NCBI GenBank assembly: GCA_965235115.1
Contig: OZ249453.1
Location: 13,888,001 to 13,952,000 of the forward strand
Source of the DNA: Laetmonice hystrix
Lineage: Eukaryota
Reading direction: 5' to 3'
Length of the DNA stretch: 64,000 bases
Below are positions 36,323-48,522 of the stretch, piece by piece (position 1 is the first letter of the stretch; each line of letters opens with the position of its first letter). The position numbers and the translations under genes were made by a program. Below the pieces are notes generated by a model, which saw only the letters and a program-made list of their open reading frames with translations, was not told the DNA's origin and searched no databases.

Positions 36323-39047
36323 ATGAGGCGGACCCCAGCGTTTCTTGCCATTGCCTTCTTTCTGGTGGCTGTCATCATTCCGCTGTGTGAGTTAATCAAG
36401 TTCTCCGTAGGCCTATGGGCCCGGTTTTTTAGTTCATTTTTCCAATCTTAAGACTGGAATTTTAAGACTGACTTGTGTTATAGTCTCTCATTGGCTGACC
36501 TCATTTGAAGGACCAGTCAGAAACTCTAAAACAAGAGTTCAGTCTTAAGTTTTGAATCTTAAGACTCAGTTTGAAACTAAAAACCAGGGCCAGGATTGGG
36601 TTGCTTGACGTGGGCGAGGAATGGACACTCTCTTTAGGACGAGTACAGATATTATACTGAAATTTACAGGAGGAAATGCTTAGAAACCTTTTATATTGTT
36701 GATAGAAGCAAAGGGTCTTTTTTGAAAAGTTCGTGCCCCTCTCCATTCTATATTATATTATGGACCTTGTAACTGAACTGTTTGACAGGGTGAGAACATT
36801 AAATTCAGGGCAAAGTTATTTATATCATGAGATTAATTTGCAATTATATGGCAGATATTGCATACCATTCAGCAAAAAGTCATATAAAATTGTGTTCTGA
36901 CGATGAAAAGACTGCCTTGATCAGGTCTGGGCTTCTAAATGGGGTTCGTTTTAAGCTTTGAACTGCGGTTGACAACTTTTAGCTTTGAAAGTTGTGTGGT
37001 TCTTGCGAATCAGTCGCAGAGTGACATCAAGTACATTGTTTTAAAACCATATTACATATATTTTCCCCATCCTCAATCTACCTTCGTAACTTTTATTATG
37101 TCTGGTTTTCTGCAGATTTTTACATCTCAGAATTAAAGTCTGACCTCCGGTATACTGGAACGCCAAAGTTTCCTGAAAACGGAATCTACCTGCGTCGCCA
37201 TGACAACGATCTTAACGCAACGCTGAATGGCGGCGAGCCCGAGGTCAGAGACCCTGGGGAAACGTCAAACATGGGGGTCACTGCACCGGAAGGAGTTATG
37301 GAAGCGAGGATAGGAAAGAGGAGAGCGCTGGAGTACTGCAATCCACCAAATTCAATATCAAGGGGAGATGAAGGTATTTAAACAATCTTGGCATTCTGTT
37401 CACTCAACTTTACGTAAATACGAGAGCGTGCAATGGTGGTCTATGCCATGTCCGTATCTAAAGTCATCTTCACGACGAAAAGAAAATATCGGACGGTAAA
37501 AGGGTCCGATTGTGTTATTGTCTCGCGGGTCCCCACGGGAACCGTCCCCACTGGAACTGTCCCCATGGGAACTGTCCCCACGTGGACCGTCCCCACGGGA
37601 ACCGTCCGCACTGGAACTGTACCGTCCCCATGGGAACTGCCTTACGCTACGAAAACATCATAAATTGGAACGGCTTAAATTGTTCTTTACAGAGGATTCT
37701 TTACTTCCGAATGTACTGAGACCACCAAATATTATATTAGGAACATGTTCTCTCGATGAGCGGTTCAGATAAGCTGGATTATGCTGCTATAAGACTGGTA
37801 TTATCTTTAGAAATACTAACGTGTGTGTTTTAATGTCTGGGTCACCAGGCAAGGTTCCAGGAGCGTACGTACTGGAGCATGTCCACGTGGTTGTACGGCA
37901 TGGTGCTCGGTCCCCGATGCAGCCGATGCCAGACCTGCTGCCGACGACACTCCCGTGTCACATCGACCCGGGAATGGCCGCCACTGACAGCATCGTCAAA
38001 TCTTACCTTGTGTCCATGAAGTCTCTAGCAGCCAGTCGGAAATTTCTCTTTGGATTGTACCCGCGCAGAAAGTTTTGCAAAGATGCTAGTCTAACTGGTC
38101 TTGGTGCCGTCCAGCACATCAAGAATGGGCAATATCTACATGAGGTGTATAGTAAAAAATGGCGTCGGAATAAGGTCGATATGAAACCCAACCAAGTCAA
38201 AGTGTTTACTACGAAATATTCCCGAACTTTCCAAAGTGCCATGGCCTTTCTCTTCGGGCTTCTGGGCGGTTTTAATTTATCCTCTGTTCCAATCACATTT
38301 TCCAACTCCTTGCACTTTTGCTTGGGATCAAATTGTCGCTGTCCTCTGGCCCAAAGCTTAGATACAATAATTCAAAGGGAAAGGGTAAGGTGGGAGGCCA
38401 GGAGCAGTCCGTTACAGGATCACATAAAGAAAGAAATATCGGACATCCTTGGTGTACCCAAAAACAAACTCCCTTGGGTGTCTGCGCTCTCCGACGTTTT
38501 CAATGGTCACATCTGTCACAACATCAACCTCCCATGTTCACGTGTTAACTCGTCTCTGTGTGTCACGTGGCCGTTAATAGGTAAAGTGTGGGAGTTCCTT
38601 GACACCAACGGTGCTGCTCAGCTCGCCAGTTACGCCTACCAAAGACAGCAACGTTTGCTGATGCATCCACTTCTGCACATCATCAGCCATCGCATGTACA
38701 ACGTAACGCTTGGCCGTGAGGTGACAAGATTTGTCCTCTACTCGGGTCACGACAAAACCGTCACGCCACTCACAACTGCTCTCGGCTTTCACGACGGAAA
38801 GTGGCCCAGCTTTGCTGCAAGGGTAGTCTTCGAAATGTACAGCAAGTCGGAGAATGACTCAGATAATGACGTATATTATATCCGTGTCCTTTACAATGGC
38901 CAGGATAAAACTCAAATGTTGCGCTTCTGTAAAGGCAAACTCGTCGATGGCTTGTGCCCTTTTGAGGCTTTTCGTCATTATATTTTATATGAAGATATTC
39001 AGCATTTTGGAAATAAATCTTACAAAGAAGCTTGTATGGTAAGATAG
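36323..39047 (+). CDS. PXYLP1: 2-phosphoxylose phosphatase 1-like histidine acid phosphatase, copy B (complete, ~506 aa)
   Basis: Exons 36323-36386 (MRRTPAFLAIAFFLVAVIIPL, type II signal-anchor), 37116-37373 and 37849-39047; phases match (1521 nt); TACTAAC branch-like site at 37814; RHGARSP and SGHD catalytic motifs. Confidence 0.92.
36418..36591. mobile_element. Short MITE-like element in intron 1 of PXYLP1 copy B
   Basis: Imperfect TIRs GGCCCGGTTTTTTAGTTCA / TGAAACTAAAAACCAGGGCC with internal TCTTAAGACT inverted motifs; TSD unclear. Confidence 0.45.
37525..37637. repeat. 15-bp tandem repeat (GTCCCCACGGGAACC-like), ~7 copies, in intron 2 of copy B
   Basis: Read directly. Confidence 0.8.
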
Positions 39048-39429
39048 AACAGAATATTTGTTTTCTGTTTCCCTCTCCGTCTTGTACTACCATTTATTGA
39101 TTTATAGTTGATCGCAATAATCTCCATACATGACGCCAATGTATTGACGGTAACTTGCCCTTTAAAAAAATTAATTTAATGCTTCCTAACCCGGTATTTT
39201 TGAAGTCAAAAAAGAGAGTAACGGTAAGAATGGTATTGCCAGTACATTTGATTCAGAACAGTTACTGTACGGTACCCACGAAATTTGGTTGAAAGTAAAA
39301 ATCCATGACCTTATCTCTGACCACTAACCCCGGACCCTACACATCCCAAAAACATTTCCCTATCCTGTCCCTATCCCTGAGTTTAACCCTAACCCCTGCC
39401 CAGAAAAAACTGTGGGGAAGGTAACCAAC

Positions 39430-39569
39430 GCATGGAACATAACCAGGACAGAGAGAAGGGGTTGTTTGTACAAAGATCCTGACGGAAATATTGCTAACTC
39501 TTTCACTAGTCTCCGGTTCACATTGAAGCGAAGCAGCACCTATTAACAGTCCTTCATGTTGTGTTACCG
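39430..39569 (+). pseudogene. Remnant of a fourth Cys-loop receptor copy (beta9-loop C-beta10 segment of exon 4)
   Basis: 39430-39545 translates to AWNITRTERRGCLYKDPDGNIANSFTSLRFTLKRSSTY then stop, homologous to 42760-42875; the following AGTCCTTCATG…TACCG resembles the exon-4 end, implying TM1-TM2 were deleted. Confidence 0.85.
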
Positions 39570-39573
39570 ACTA

Positions 39574-40108
39574 AAGGCCCGGCCACACAGAGCCGACTAC
39601 CCCCGACCCGATGGTCTGGGGGAGTCGAGTCGGGGGTAGTCGGCCCAGTCTGGCATGGTCAGTCGGCCGTAGTCGGGTGTTTTTCACCGACTGACCAGTC
39701 CGGTCGTTCATCTTGTCCTGCACAAGATGAGCGACCAAACGGTTTGGTCTGGTCGGGCCTAGTCGGGCCTGTGTGGCATACCTACCGACCAGACTCAACA
39801 GTCGGGCTGCTTACCAGCCAATCACAGCGCGCACCATACAAACGCTACTCCCAAGATACCCTGCGAGCGGGACAACACAAACAACATGGCGGAGTGGGAA
39901 CTACCGCTAGGGGAATGAATATAGTTACAATAGTATATACTGGTCACGAGTGGTGTCGCTAGTGTGGCATCCCACTCCCGACTTTCGGATCGCATTCAGT
40001 GTGGCATGGTTGGGCATATATCAGACTGACTGAGTAGTTGGCCGATTTGGACTCCCCGGGCCTCTGACCATCGGGTTGGGGGTAGTCGGCTCTGTGTGGC
40101 CGGGCCTT
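39574..40108. mobile_element. MITE, 43-bp TIRs (1 mismatch), flanked by TA
   Basis: AAGGCCCGGCCACACAGAGCCGACTACCCCCGACCCGATGGTC versus the reverse complement of the right end; no ORF of note. Confidence 0.8.
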
Positions 40109-41120
40109 TAGGGCCTACGGCACTCGTGGTCACTGGTGCTAATCGTACTTGGTGGCGCCACCTCGGGAGAATCATGTTGTGTTTATGCTCTTACAGCGCA
40201 GGTAGAATTTGATCTTGCAGTTGGGCAGGTGTTGAGATAGATATCATCATTATAATAAATTGAGTTGATTACTTTTGAGTGAGCACTAGGCCTAGATCTA
40301 TGCTTATCCGAAATGATTTCACACGTCACAGGACATGTGTACATATTGTATTTATTCTTCTACGATATGACATGATGTAGGTAAAGTGGTTGCCAGGTAA
40401 CGGTCAGCCTAGCTACTATTTATCTTAATGTCAGGCTTCGGATAACGCCAAAACACCCGATACTGCCTCAGGATGGATGTAAACTCCGTGATTCTATAGG
40501 GTTTTTGTTCGATATATTTACTGACCAGTGTGGTTCTTGCAGGATTCGCTCTGGTTACTAAAGTCTAGGGAGCCTAGAAAGGCCTATGTTGTTTATGCAA
40601 TGTCTTATAGTCATAGCCTTCCGGGGTCTTTTGTTTCCAATCTCGGCCCGTTGTTAGGTTATGACGTCAAAGACTGAGAAGAAGGAACGCTAGCCCCTTC
40701 ACAATCTGACGTCATAATACGCAGGGTACCAGTCTCAACTTCTATCATTTGGTCGCAACCCCCAGCCTTCCTCCAATCAATCTCAATCCACTTAGGCCTA
40801 TCCATCAATCCGACATGCCCCTCGTGCAATGTCGTCTAGGTAACTGGTCGACTGGGGCACCATGTTTGACATAGGCCTACTAATGGAAGATCGCCACCTC
40901 TGTCAACAACTGCAGGTGGCAACTGTTCTTCTTGTTTACTCTCTACCAAGCATGACTTAGGCCTATTTCATGGTCCGCCAACTGACTTGTCAGGAGGGAC
41001 GACTCCGTGCCTTGAAACAGTGGGTTAAAGACCTACATTGTCGATTTCCAATAGTTGGCAAGCCTACGTAAAAATTCGTTCAAATTCACGGTGGTGGTAG
41101 GGCTACAGCCGGGGAGAACC

Positions 41121-43811
41121 ATGTCGGAGGTAGGCCTATTCCTGTTTGTCGTTTTGGTTCTGACTGTAACTGGTGGTGAGGTTATGACGTCCCAAAGATT
41201 GAAGACGGAACGGGATCTCGTTCTTAATCTGACGTCACAGTATACTCGATATGCACGACCCGTCAAGGATCCAACTACAGCTGTTCAGGTGAAGGTGAAG
41301 ATTATATCCAAGAGGGTGATAGATGTGGTAAGTTAACACCTTTCTAAATTTCAGTATAGGCCTACTTTGGCCAAATCTGGCCGAGAAGCCCTGCTCATTT
41401 TGGTAATAAATAGGTAGAAGAGCGCACAGATCGATCAGGGCCCGGTTCACAAACAAAGTCAAGTCAATTTTAATTGGCTTGAAATCCATTTTAACCAATC
41501 AGGTTCAAGTAAAATTGATTTCAAGTCAATTAAAATTGACTTGACTTTGTTTGTGAACCGGGCCCAAAGCTACCCTTTGAGCATTAAAAGCTTTGAAATT
41601 CTTTGTTCTCACTGAGTGAGGGCTCTTCTTGCTAGAGGACTTTGCTGCGCGCACTGAGGCCTATGCTCCGCTCAGCTGGTATTATAGTCCTAGATCTTTT
41701 TCCTATCTTTTGTTACTTTTTTCAAAATAACAAAATAAGGGAATACAACAGGTAGGCCTATTTTGCCTCTTTTCAACGATGTTGCGGTGTCTTCCTTTTG
41801 TATGCCTATGGGATGTTCCTCTGTCTAAGTGCTAAATTTCCATTCATGTGGGCTTGCATTGGGACACATTAAGTAGGCATAGGCCTACATTACGCGCTTT
41901 GATAACGCTCATATTTCTTTCACAACTTTCAGTTGGATGCAGAAAGCACGATGCAGTGGGACGGATGGATTACACTTGTGAGCATTTCATGGTTATCTAT
42001 TTTTATAGTACTCAGGAAGTCGCATACGCCTCTGCACGCCCCGTTGGCAGCGACCTTCATGCTATACCTGCTAGAGTATTGAAATGATAGTCATGTCAAA
42101 TGTGTAGACTATTCGTTTATATGTGACCGTCTGTTGTATGTTAAGATCTGGAAAGACGAATTTCTGGTGTGGAACCCCGATGAATTTTCCAATGTCCAGA
42201 AACTGGGGGTATCCTCAGACGTGGTGTGGACACCCCCACTTTGTCTTGCTAATGGGTAAGGATCTCGAGAGTTTGTGGGTGTGGGTTTGGCGTGTAAGCC
42301 TAAGGGTACGTGTGGGTGGGGGTGGCTGTATGTATGTATGTTTATATGCGTACGAAAACATAAGCATGTGTATAACTGAATTTTAGATATGGATATGATT
42401 AAAGACAATCCACTCATACTGTAATTTTAATATTTTGAAAAGCCACCCACTGAAGAAAGACATTAATATCATCGTACTGTGTTTATATCGTTCCCGCCGC
42501 CTACTTATACACGCATAGCGCAGAGGATTTCAACACTCTAACAGCCGTCGACAGACATCTGTTTGCCTCAGTTGATTACACAGGACAAGTGGCGATGGCA
42601 TGGGTTAATAGCGTTAAAACCCGATGCGACATAGATGTTCGCTCCTATCCATTTGACATCCAGGTTTGTGAAGTACACATCTTTGGATGTGATGGGTACG
42701 ATGCAAAGCAGATGTATCTGAACTCCAATATAAGAACATTCCCAACGGAAGGCTTAAGTGCATGGAACATAACTAAGACGGAGATACGGGATTGTTTTTA
42801 CACAGATCCTGACGGAAATATTACTAGCTCTTTCACTTTTCTCCGGTTCACATTGAAGCGAAGCAGCACCTATTACCTGGCCAACATGATCATTCCGTCT
42901 GGGATACTGTCCCTGTTCCTCCCGGCTCAGTTCCTCCTCCCACCCGAGTCCGGAGAACGGGTGTCCATGGGACTCAGTCTGCTCGTGGCCAGCAATGTCT
43001 TCCTGCTTCTCACAGCTCAGAATGTACCACGATCCACCCAAGTCCTTCCCTTCATGAGTATGTATACCGTAGTAAAGGTTTCCAAAGTGTGCTGACCTTT
43101 CTGTCTGCACCCAAGTGACATCACTCTATATACCCGTAACGGTGAGGGTCGTAGCCTGTAGGCTGTAGTCTTGAGACCTACCAGAATATTGCTACACTTA
43201 CAAAATGAAAATATTGTTCCATGTGAGAAACTGATCTTAAAAAAAGAAAATAAAGAAAAAAACAATGAGGTCAGTTAGTGTTGAAAGTAATTATTACTTA
43301 TTCTATATTTTCTATATCTCTAGCTGTGGTCCTAATTTTCTTCATGGCGGTCAACATGATATCGGTATTAATATCGATCCTCATGTCAAGAATCAAGCTG
43401 CGGCCTACAGAATCCCGATTACCCCATGCTGTCAGGAACATCCTAAGGACCCTCGGTTACAAACATGCCTCATCGGTCCACCCAAAAACCACCTCACCAA
43501 CTCTCCCCGGGTCAAAGGTAGGAAAAGATTGCGACTCTTCAGACTCTGCACCAACTCTGCTAGATTCTCCTGGAACCTCGGCGAGGCGCCCGGTAGACAA
43601 AGGGGGATTCTCGGTAAATGACGTCATTCTGACGTCTGACGTCATCCAAAAGAAGTGGGACATCCTGTGTTCTTTCCTTGATGTGTTCTTCATGATGCTG
43701 ACCATCACCTTGCTCACCGTCGTCCCTATCACACTCTATGTTGTACTCACTGCCGATCGTTCATCGACAGTGCCATGGAAGTTTAAAGATGAAATATGCC
43801 AAAGATATTAG
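41121..43811 (+). CDS. Cys-loop ligand-gated ion channel subunit, nAChR-like non-alpha, copy 1 (~462 aa)
   Basis: Exons 41121-41327, 41933-41977, 42146-42255, 42519-43057, 43324-43811 (1389 nt, phases consistent; 45- and 110-nt exons typical of nAChR genes). Signal peptide, RPV, WxD.FLxWNP, Cys-loop CDIDVRSYPFDIQVC, TM1-TM4, PESGER before TM2. Confidence 0.93.
41439..41564. mobile_element. 126-bp foldback MITE (PIF/Harbinger-like), 48-bp TIRs, 3-bp TSD CAG/CAA
   Basis: GGCCCGGTTCACAAACAAAGTCAAGTC… inverted with one mismatch; absent from the paralogous intron sites (GACCAGAGCT at ~45567, GACCAGTGCT at ~49754). Confidence 0.8.
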
Positions 43812-44984
43812 AATGTACGTGATTTTTTTTTAAACTGCATGTGCAGAAAGTGTGACCCTGAGAATCTTTCTTGCGATGTATCCCCTCGGCGAATCATCCT
43901 CGCATGTATCGACCCTGTCTGCTGAAGAGGAGTGAGGAAGACGTTCTTACATTGACATTGTCCTCGTCTCATTAACTCTTCTTTTGGTTGAGCAGGTTCC
44001 AATCGTGCTGTATGGAATGCTCGACTTCGATTTGCATTATGAAAACGAGCTGCAATACGAGAAGCTTCAATCCTTAACTTCATTTGAAATTTCACGTTGA
44101 TATGTGACATTACGTGGATTGAATAGTGCTCCTGCATGTTTTCTGCTTCATCTTCTTTTGTTTCACTATGAAGCGCAACATGTAAATATTTCATGAGAAT
44201 TGTAACTAGATCTCCGTTAGTTGTGTGGAACACCAGTTAAAAAAAAGTCGGTAAATGTTGTTAGTGATTTACAGATGGGGCACCGATTAGACTCTAGGCC
44301 GACTTTAGTGCAGGCCTCGTCACGTCTTCTATGGGGGTAACTACCGCGCATGATCAGCTAACTCCACGGTTGATTTAACCCTAGTTTCTCAAATAAACTT
44401 CTGACAACGGTGTAAAGACTCCCTCACTTTTAGACTGACTCAAGCTTTCACATAACCGACGGACAAAAATCATTTTCCATTAGGACTATTTTCAATTTGT
44501 TTAAACTTCGATCCATCCTTTGCTTCCAGGGATTTAAATAAGCAGTAACTGATCAGCCACCTAATCTGCATCTGTCAACAATTCTACTCTTCTTGTTAAC
44601 TCTCTACCAAATGCTTCTGTTGATTTACTTCATGGTCCGCCCAAATGACTTGTAAATATTCTGTGCCTTGAAAGCAATTCATAAAGGAGAAATGTCATTG
44701 TCAATCGTCAAATTTTGTTTTCCATGGTTGCTACGTGACCGATATTTACCCTTCATGTGGAGTTGACGCTCAGCCAATAAAGCCATGCGTTATAGGCCAT
44801 GTACTTTGTTGACTATTTGTAGGAGCGATATTTATTCACGACTTTAGATTACCCATTGTAAAGCTGATCTCTGATATTATGACAGATTCATGTTTGCATT
44901 GGTGTGCTCTGCTTTGATATAAGACGAGCATTTGTAAACTTTGGAGTCAGATTTTGAAGCTGAAGAAAGCCTAGCAGAAGAACC

Positions 44985-47900
44985 ATGTCGGCGGTATTCC
45001 TGATTATCCTTTTGGTTCTGACAATAACTGGTGGTGAGGTTATGACGTCACAAAATTTGAAGACGGAACGAGACCTCCTTCTTAATCTGACGTCACAGTA
45101 TACTCGATATGTACGACCTGTCAAGGATCCGGCTACAACTGTTCAGGTTCACGTGAAGGTTACATCCAACAAGGTGATAGATGTGGTAAGTTAACACCTT
45201 TCTCAATTTCCGTATAGGGAGTGTCTATTTACCCAGCGGCTGGTTAAGTAAGGGAGAACGAGTTTGACTAACTAACTAGGCTAGCTAAGAAATTCAGTGA
45301 AGGCTAGGGGTAGGGATAGGGTTAGCATCAGCTTTATTTAATTTTCAGCCCGAACTAAATGGAAAGAGACATTTCTTCAGAGGTCTTATCAAAGCGCACT
45401 ATTTGACCAGCAGATATAATCCAATAGAATTCATGATTCTTGGTCACATGACCAATCTTCTGCTGGTTCAATAGCTTCTGCCTTCAGTATAGGCCTACTT
45501 TGGCCAATTCTGGCAGAAAGGCCCTGCTCATTTGGTTATAAATAGGCTACAAGATCACACAGATGGACCAGAGCTACCTTATTGAGCACTAAAAGCTATG
45601 GAACTCTTTGATCTCACTGAATGAGGACTCTTATTGTTAGAGGACTTTGCTGAGCGTAGGCCTACTTAGGCCTATGCTCCGCTCAGCTGGTTTTAGTCCT
45701 ATCTTTGTCCTCGCCTCACTTATGAGTAAATGGGGCAATTAAAATTACAAAATATGGGAATACAACAGGTAGGCCTATTTGCCCTCTTTTCAACGATGTT
45801 GCTGCATCTTCCGTATGGGATGTTCATCTGTCTCAGTGCTAAATTTCCATTGCTGTGGGCTTGCATTGGGACACATTAAGTAGGCATAGGCCTATGTTAC
45901 GCCTTTGATAATGCTCATATATTTCTTTCACAACTTGCAGTCGGATGCAGAAAGCACGATGCAGTGGGATGGATGGATTACACTTGTGAGCATTTCTTGG
46001 TTATCTATTTTTGGAATATGTACTCAGGAAGTCGCATACGCCTCTGCACGCCCCGTTGGCAGCGACCAACATGAATGCTATACCTGTTAGAGTATTGAAA
46101 TGATAGTCATGTCAAATGAGTATTCTTTTATATGTGACCGTCTGTTGTATGTTAAGTTCTGGAAAGACGAATTTCTGGTGTGGAACCCAGATGAATTTTC
46201 CAATGTCCAGAAGCTGGGAGTATCCTCAGACATGGTGTGGACACCCCCACTTTGTCTGGCTAATGGGTAAGGAGTGTGTGTGTGGGCGTGGGCGTGGGCA
46301 TTAGCAACAGGGTGTGGGTGTATGCATGTAGGGCCTAACAGTATTTTTCTTTTGAAATGCACGGGCATCAGGGGTAACCCAATTACTTTGACAATGTCCC
46401 TAAAGAGAAAAGTTGTATAGTCCTCTACAGGAATCGAACCCAGGCCCTAAGATTACTGCACCCATTCGCATAGCATAAGGTGTCGACATCCATGCCCGTG
46501 TGGGTGGGTGTGGGTGTATGTATGTTTATATGTGTACACAAACATAAGCATGTGCATGGCTGAATTTTGGATATGGAGAGTGATTAAAGACAATCCACTC
46601 ATATGGTAATTTGTAATATTTTGAAAAGCCACCCACTGAAGAAAGACATTAATTTTATGGTACTCTGTTTATATCGTTCCCGCCACCTACTTATATTTAG
46701 CGCGGAGGATTTCAACACTCTGACAGCCGTCGACAGACATCTGTTGGCCTCAGTTAATTACACAGGAGAAGTGGCGATGGCATGGGTTAATAGCGTCAAA
46801 ACCCGATGCGACATAGATGTTCGCTCCTATCCATTTGACATCCAGGTTTGTGAAGTACAGATCTTTGGATGTAACGGATACGATGCAAAGCAGATTTATC
46901 TGATCTCCAGTATCACATCCCCAACGGAAGACTTAAGCGAATGGGACATAACCAGGACAGAGAGAAGGGATTGTTTGTTCACAGATCCTGACGAAAATAT
47001 TACTAGCTCTTTCACTATTCTCCGGTTCACATTGAAGCGAAGCAGCACCTATTACCTGGCCAACATGATCATTCCGTCTGGGATACTGTCCCTGTTCCTC
47101 CCAGCTCAGTTCCTCCTCCCACCCGAGTCCGGAGAACGGGTGTCTATGGGACTCAGTCTGCTTGTGGCCAGCAATGTCTTCCTGCTCCTCACAGCTCAGA
47201 ATGTACCACGATCCACCAAAGTCCTTCCCTTCATGGGTATGTATACCGTAGTAAAGGTTTCCAATGTGTGCTGTCCTTTCTGTCTGCACCCAAGTGACAT
47301 CACTGTGCATATCCGTAACGGTGAGGGTCGTAGCCTGTATAGGCTGTTAATCTTGAGACATTCCAGAATAGTGTTACACTTACAAAATGAAAATATTGTT
47401 CCATGTGAGAAACTGATCTTAAAAAAAGAAAATAAAGAAAAAAACAATGAGGTCAGTTGGCGTTGAAAGTAATATTACTTATTCTATATTTTCTATATCT
47501 CTAGCCGTGGCCCTAATTTTCTTCATGGCAGTCAACATGATATCGGTATCAATATCGATCCTCCTGTCAAGAATCAAGCTGCGACCTCCAGAATCCCGCC
47601 TCCCCCACACTGTCAGGAACATCCTAAGGACCCTCGGTTACAAACATGCCTCATCGGTCCACCCAAAAAACACCTCACCAACTCTCTCCAAGTCAGAGGT
47701 GGCAAAGGTTTGCGACTCTACAGACTCTGTACCAACTCTGCCAGATTCTCCTGGAACCTCGGCAAGGCAGCCGGTAGACAAAGGGGGATTCTCGGTAAAT
47801 GACGTCATCCTGACGTCTGACGTCATCCGAAAGGAGTGGGACATCCTGTGTTCTTTCCTTGATTTGTTCTTCATGATGCTGACTATCATCTTGCTCACCG

Positions 47901-47992
47901 TGGTCCCTATCACACTCTATGTTGTACTCACTGCCGATCGTTCATCGATAGTCCCATGGAAGTTTGAAGATGAAATATGCAAAAGATATTAG
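44985..47992 (+). CDS. Cys-loop ligand-gated ion channel subunit, nAChR-like non-alpha, copy 2 (~459 aa)
   Basis: Exons 44985-45185, 45941-45985, 46157-46266, 46701-47236, 47505-47992 (1380 nt); same motifs and intron phases as copy 1. Confidence 0.93.
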
Positions 47993-48522
47993 AATTTATT
48001 TGTTTTTTTAAACTGCATGTGCAGAAAGTGTGACCCTGAGAATCTTTCTTGCGATGTATCCCCTCGGCAAATCATCCTCGCATGTATCGACCCTGTCTGC
48101 TGAAGATGAGTGAGGAAGGCGTTCTTACATTGACATTGTCCTCGTCTCATTAACTCTTCTTTTGGTTGCGCAGGTTCCAATCGTGCTGTACGGAATGCTC
48201 GATTTCGATTTGCATTCTAAAGACAAGCTGCGATACGAGAAGCTTCAATCCTTAACTTTATTTGAAATTTCACATTGACATATGACATTACGTGGATTGA
48301 TTAATGCTCCTGCATGTTTTCTGCTTCATCTTCTTTTGTTTCACTATGAAGCGCAACATGTATATATTTTATGAGAATTGTAACTAGATCTCCGTTAGTT
48401 TTGTGTAACACCAGTTAAAAAAACCTCGGTAAATGTTGTGAGTGGTTTACAGATGGTGCACCAATTAGACTCTAGGCTGACTTTAGTGCAGACCTCGTCA
48501 CGTCTTCTTTGGCGGTAACTAC

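Noticed and set aside
43265-43323. N-terminal parts of the ORF-track proteins at 43265/43278, 46603, 47447, 51315, 30917 and 37821
   Set aside because: They are intronic read-through; true exon starts are set by AG acceptors with matching phase.
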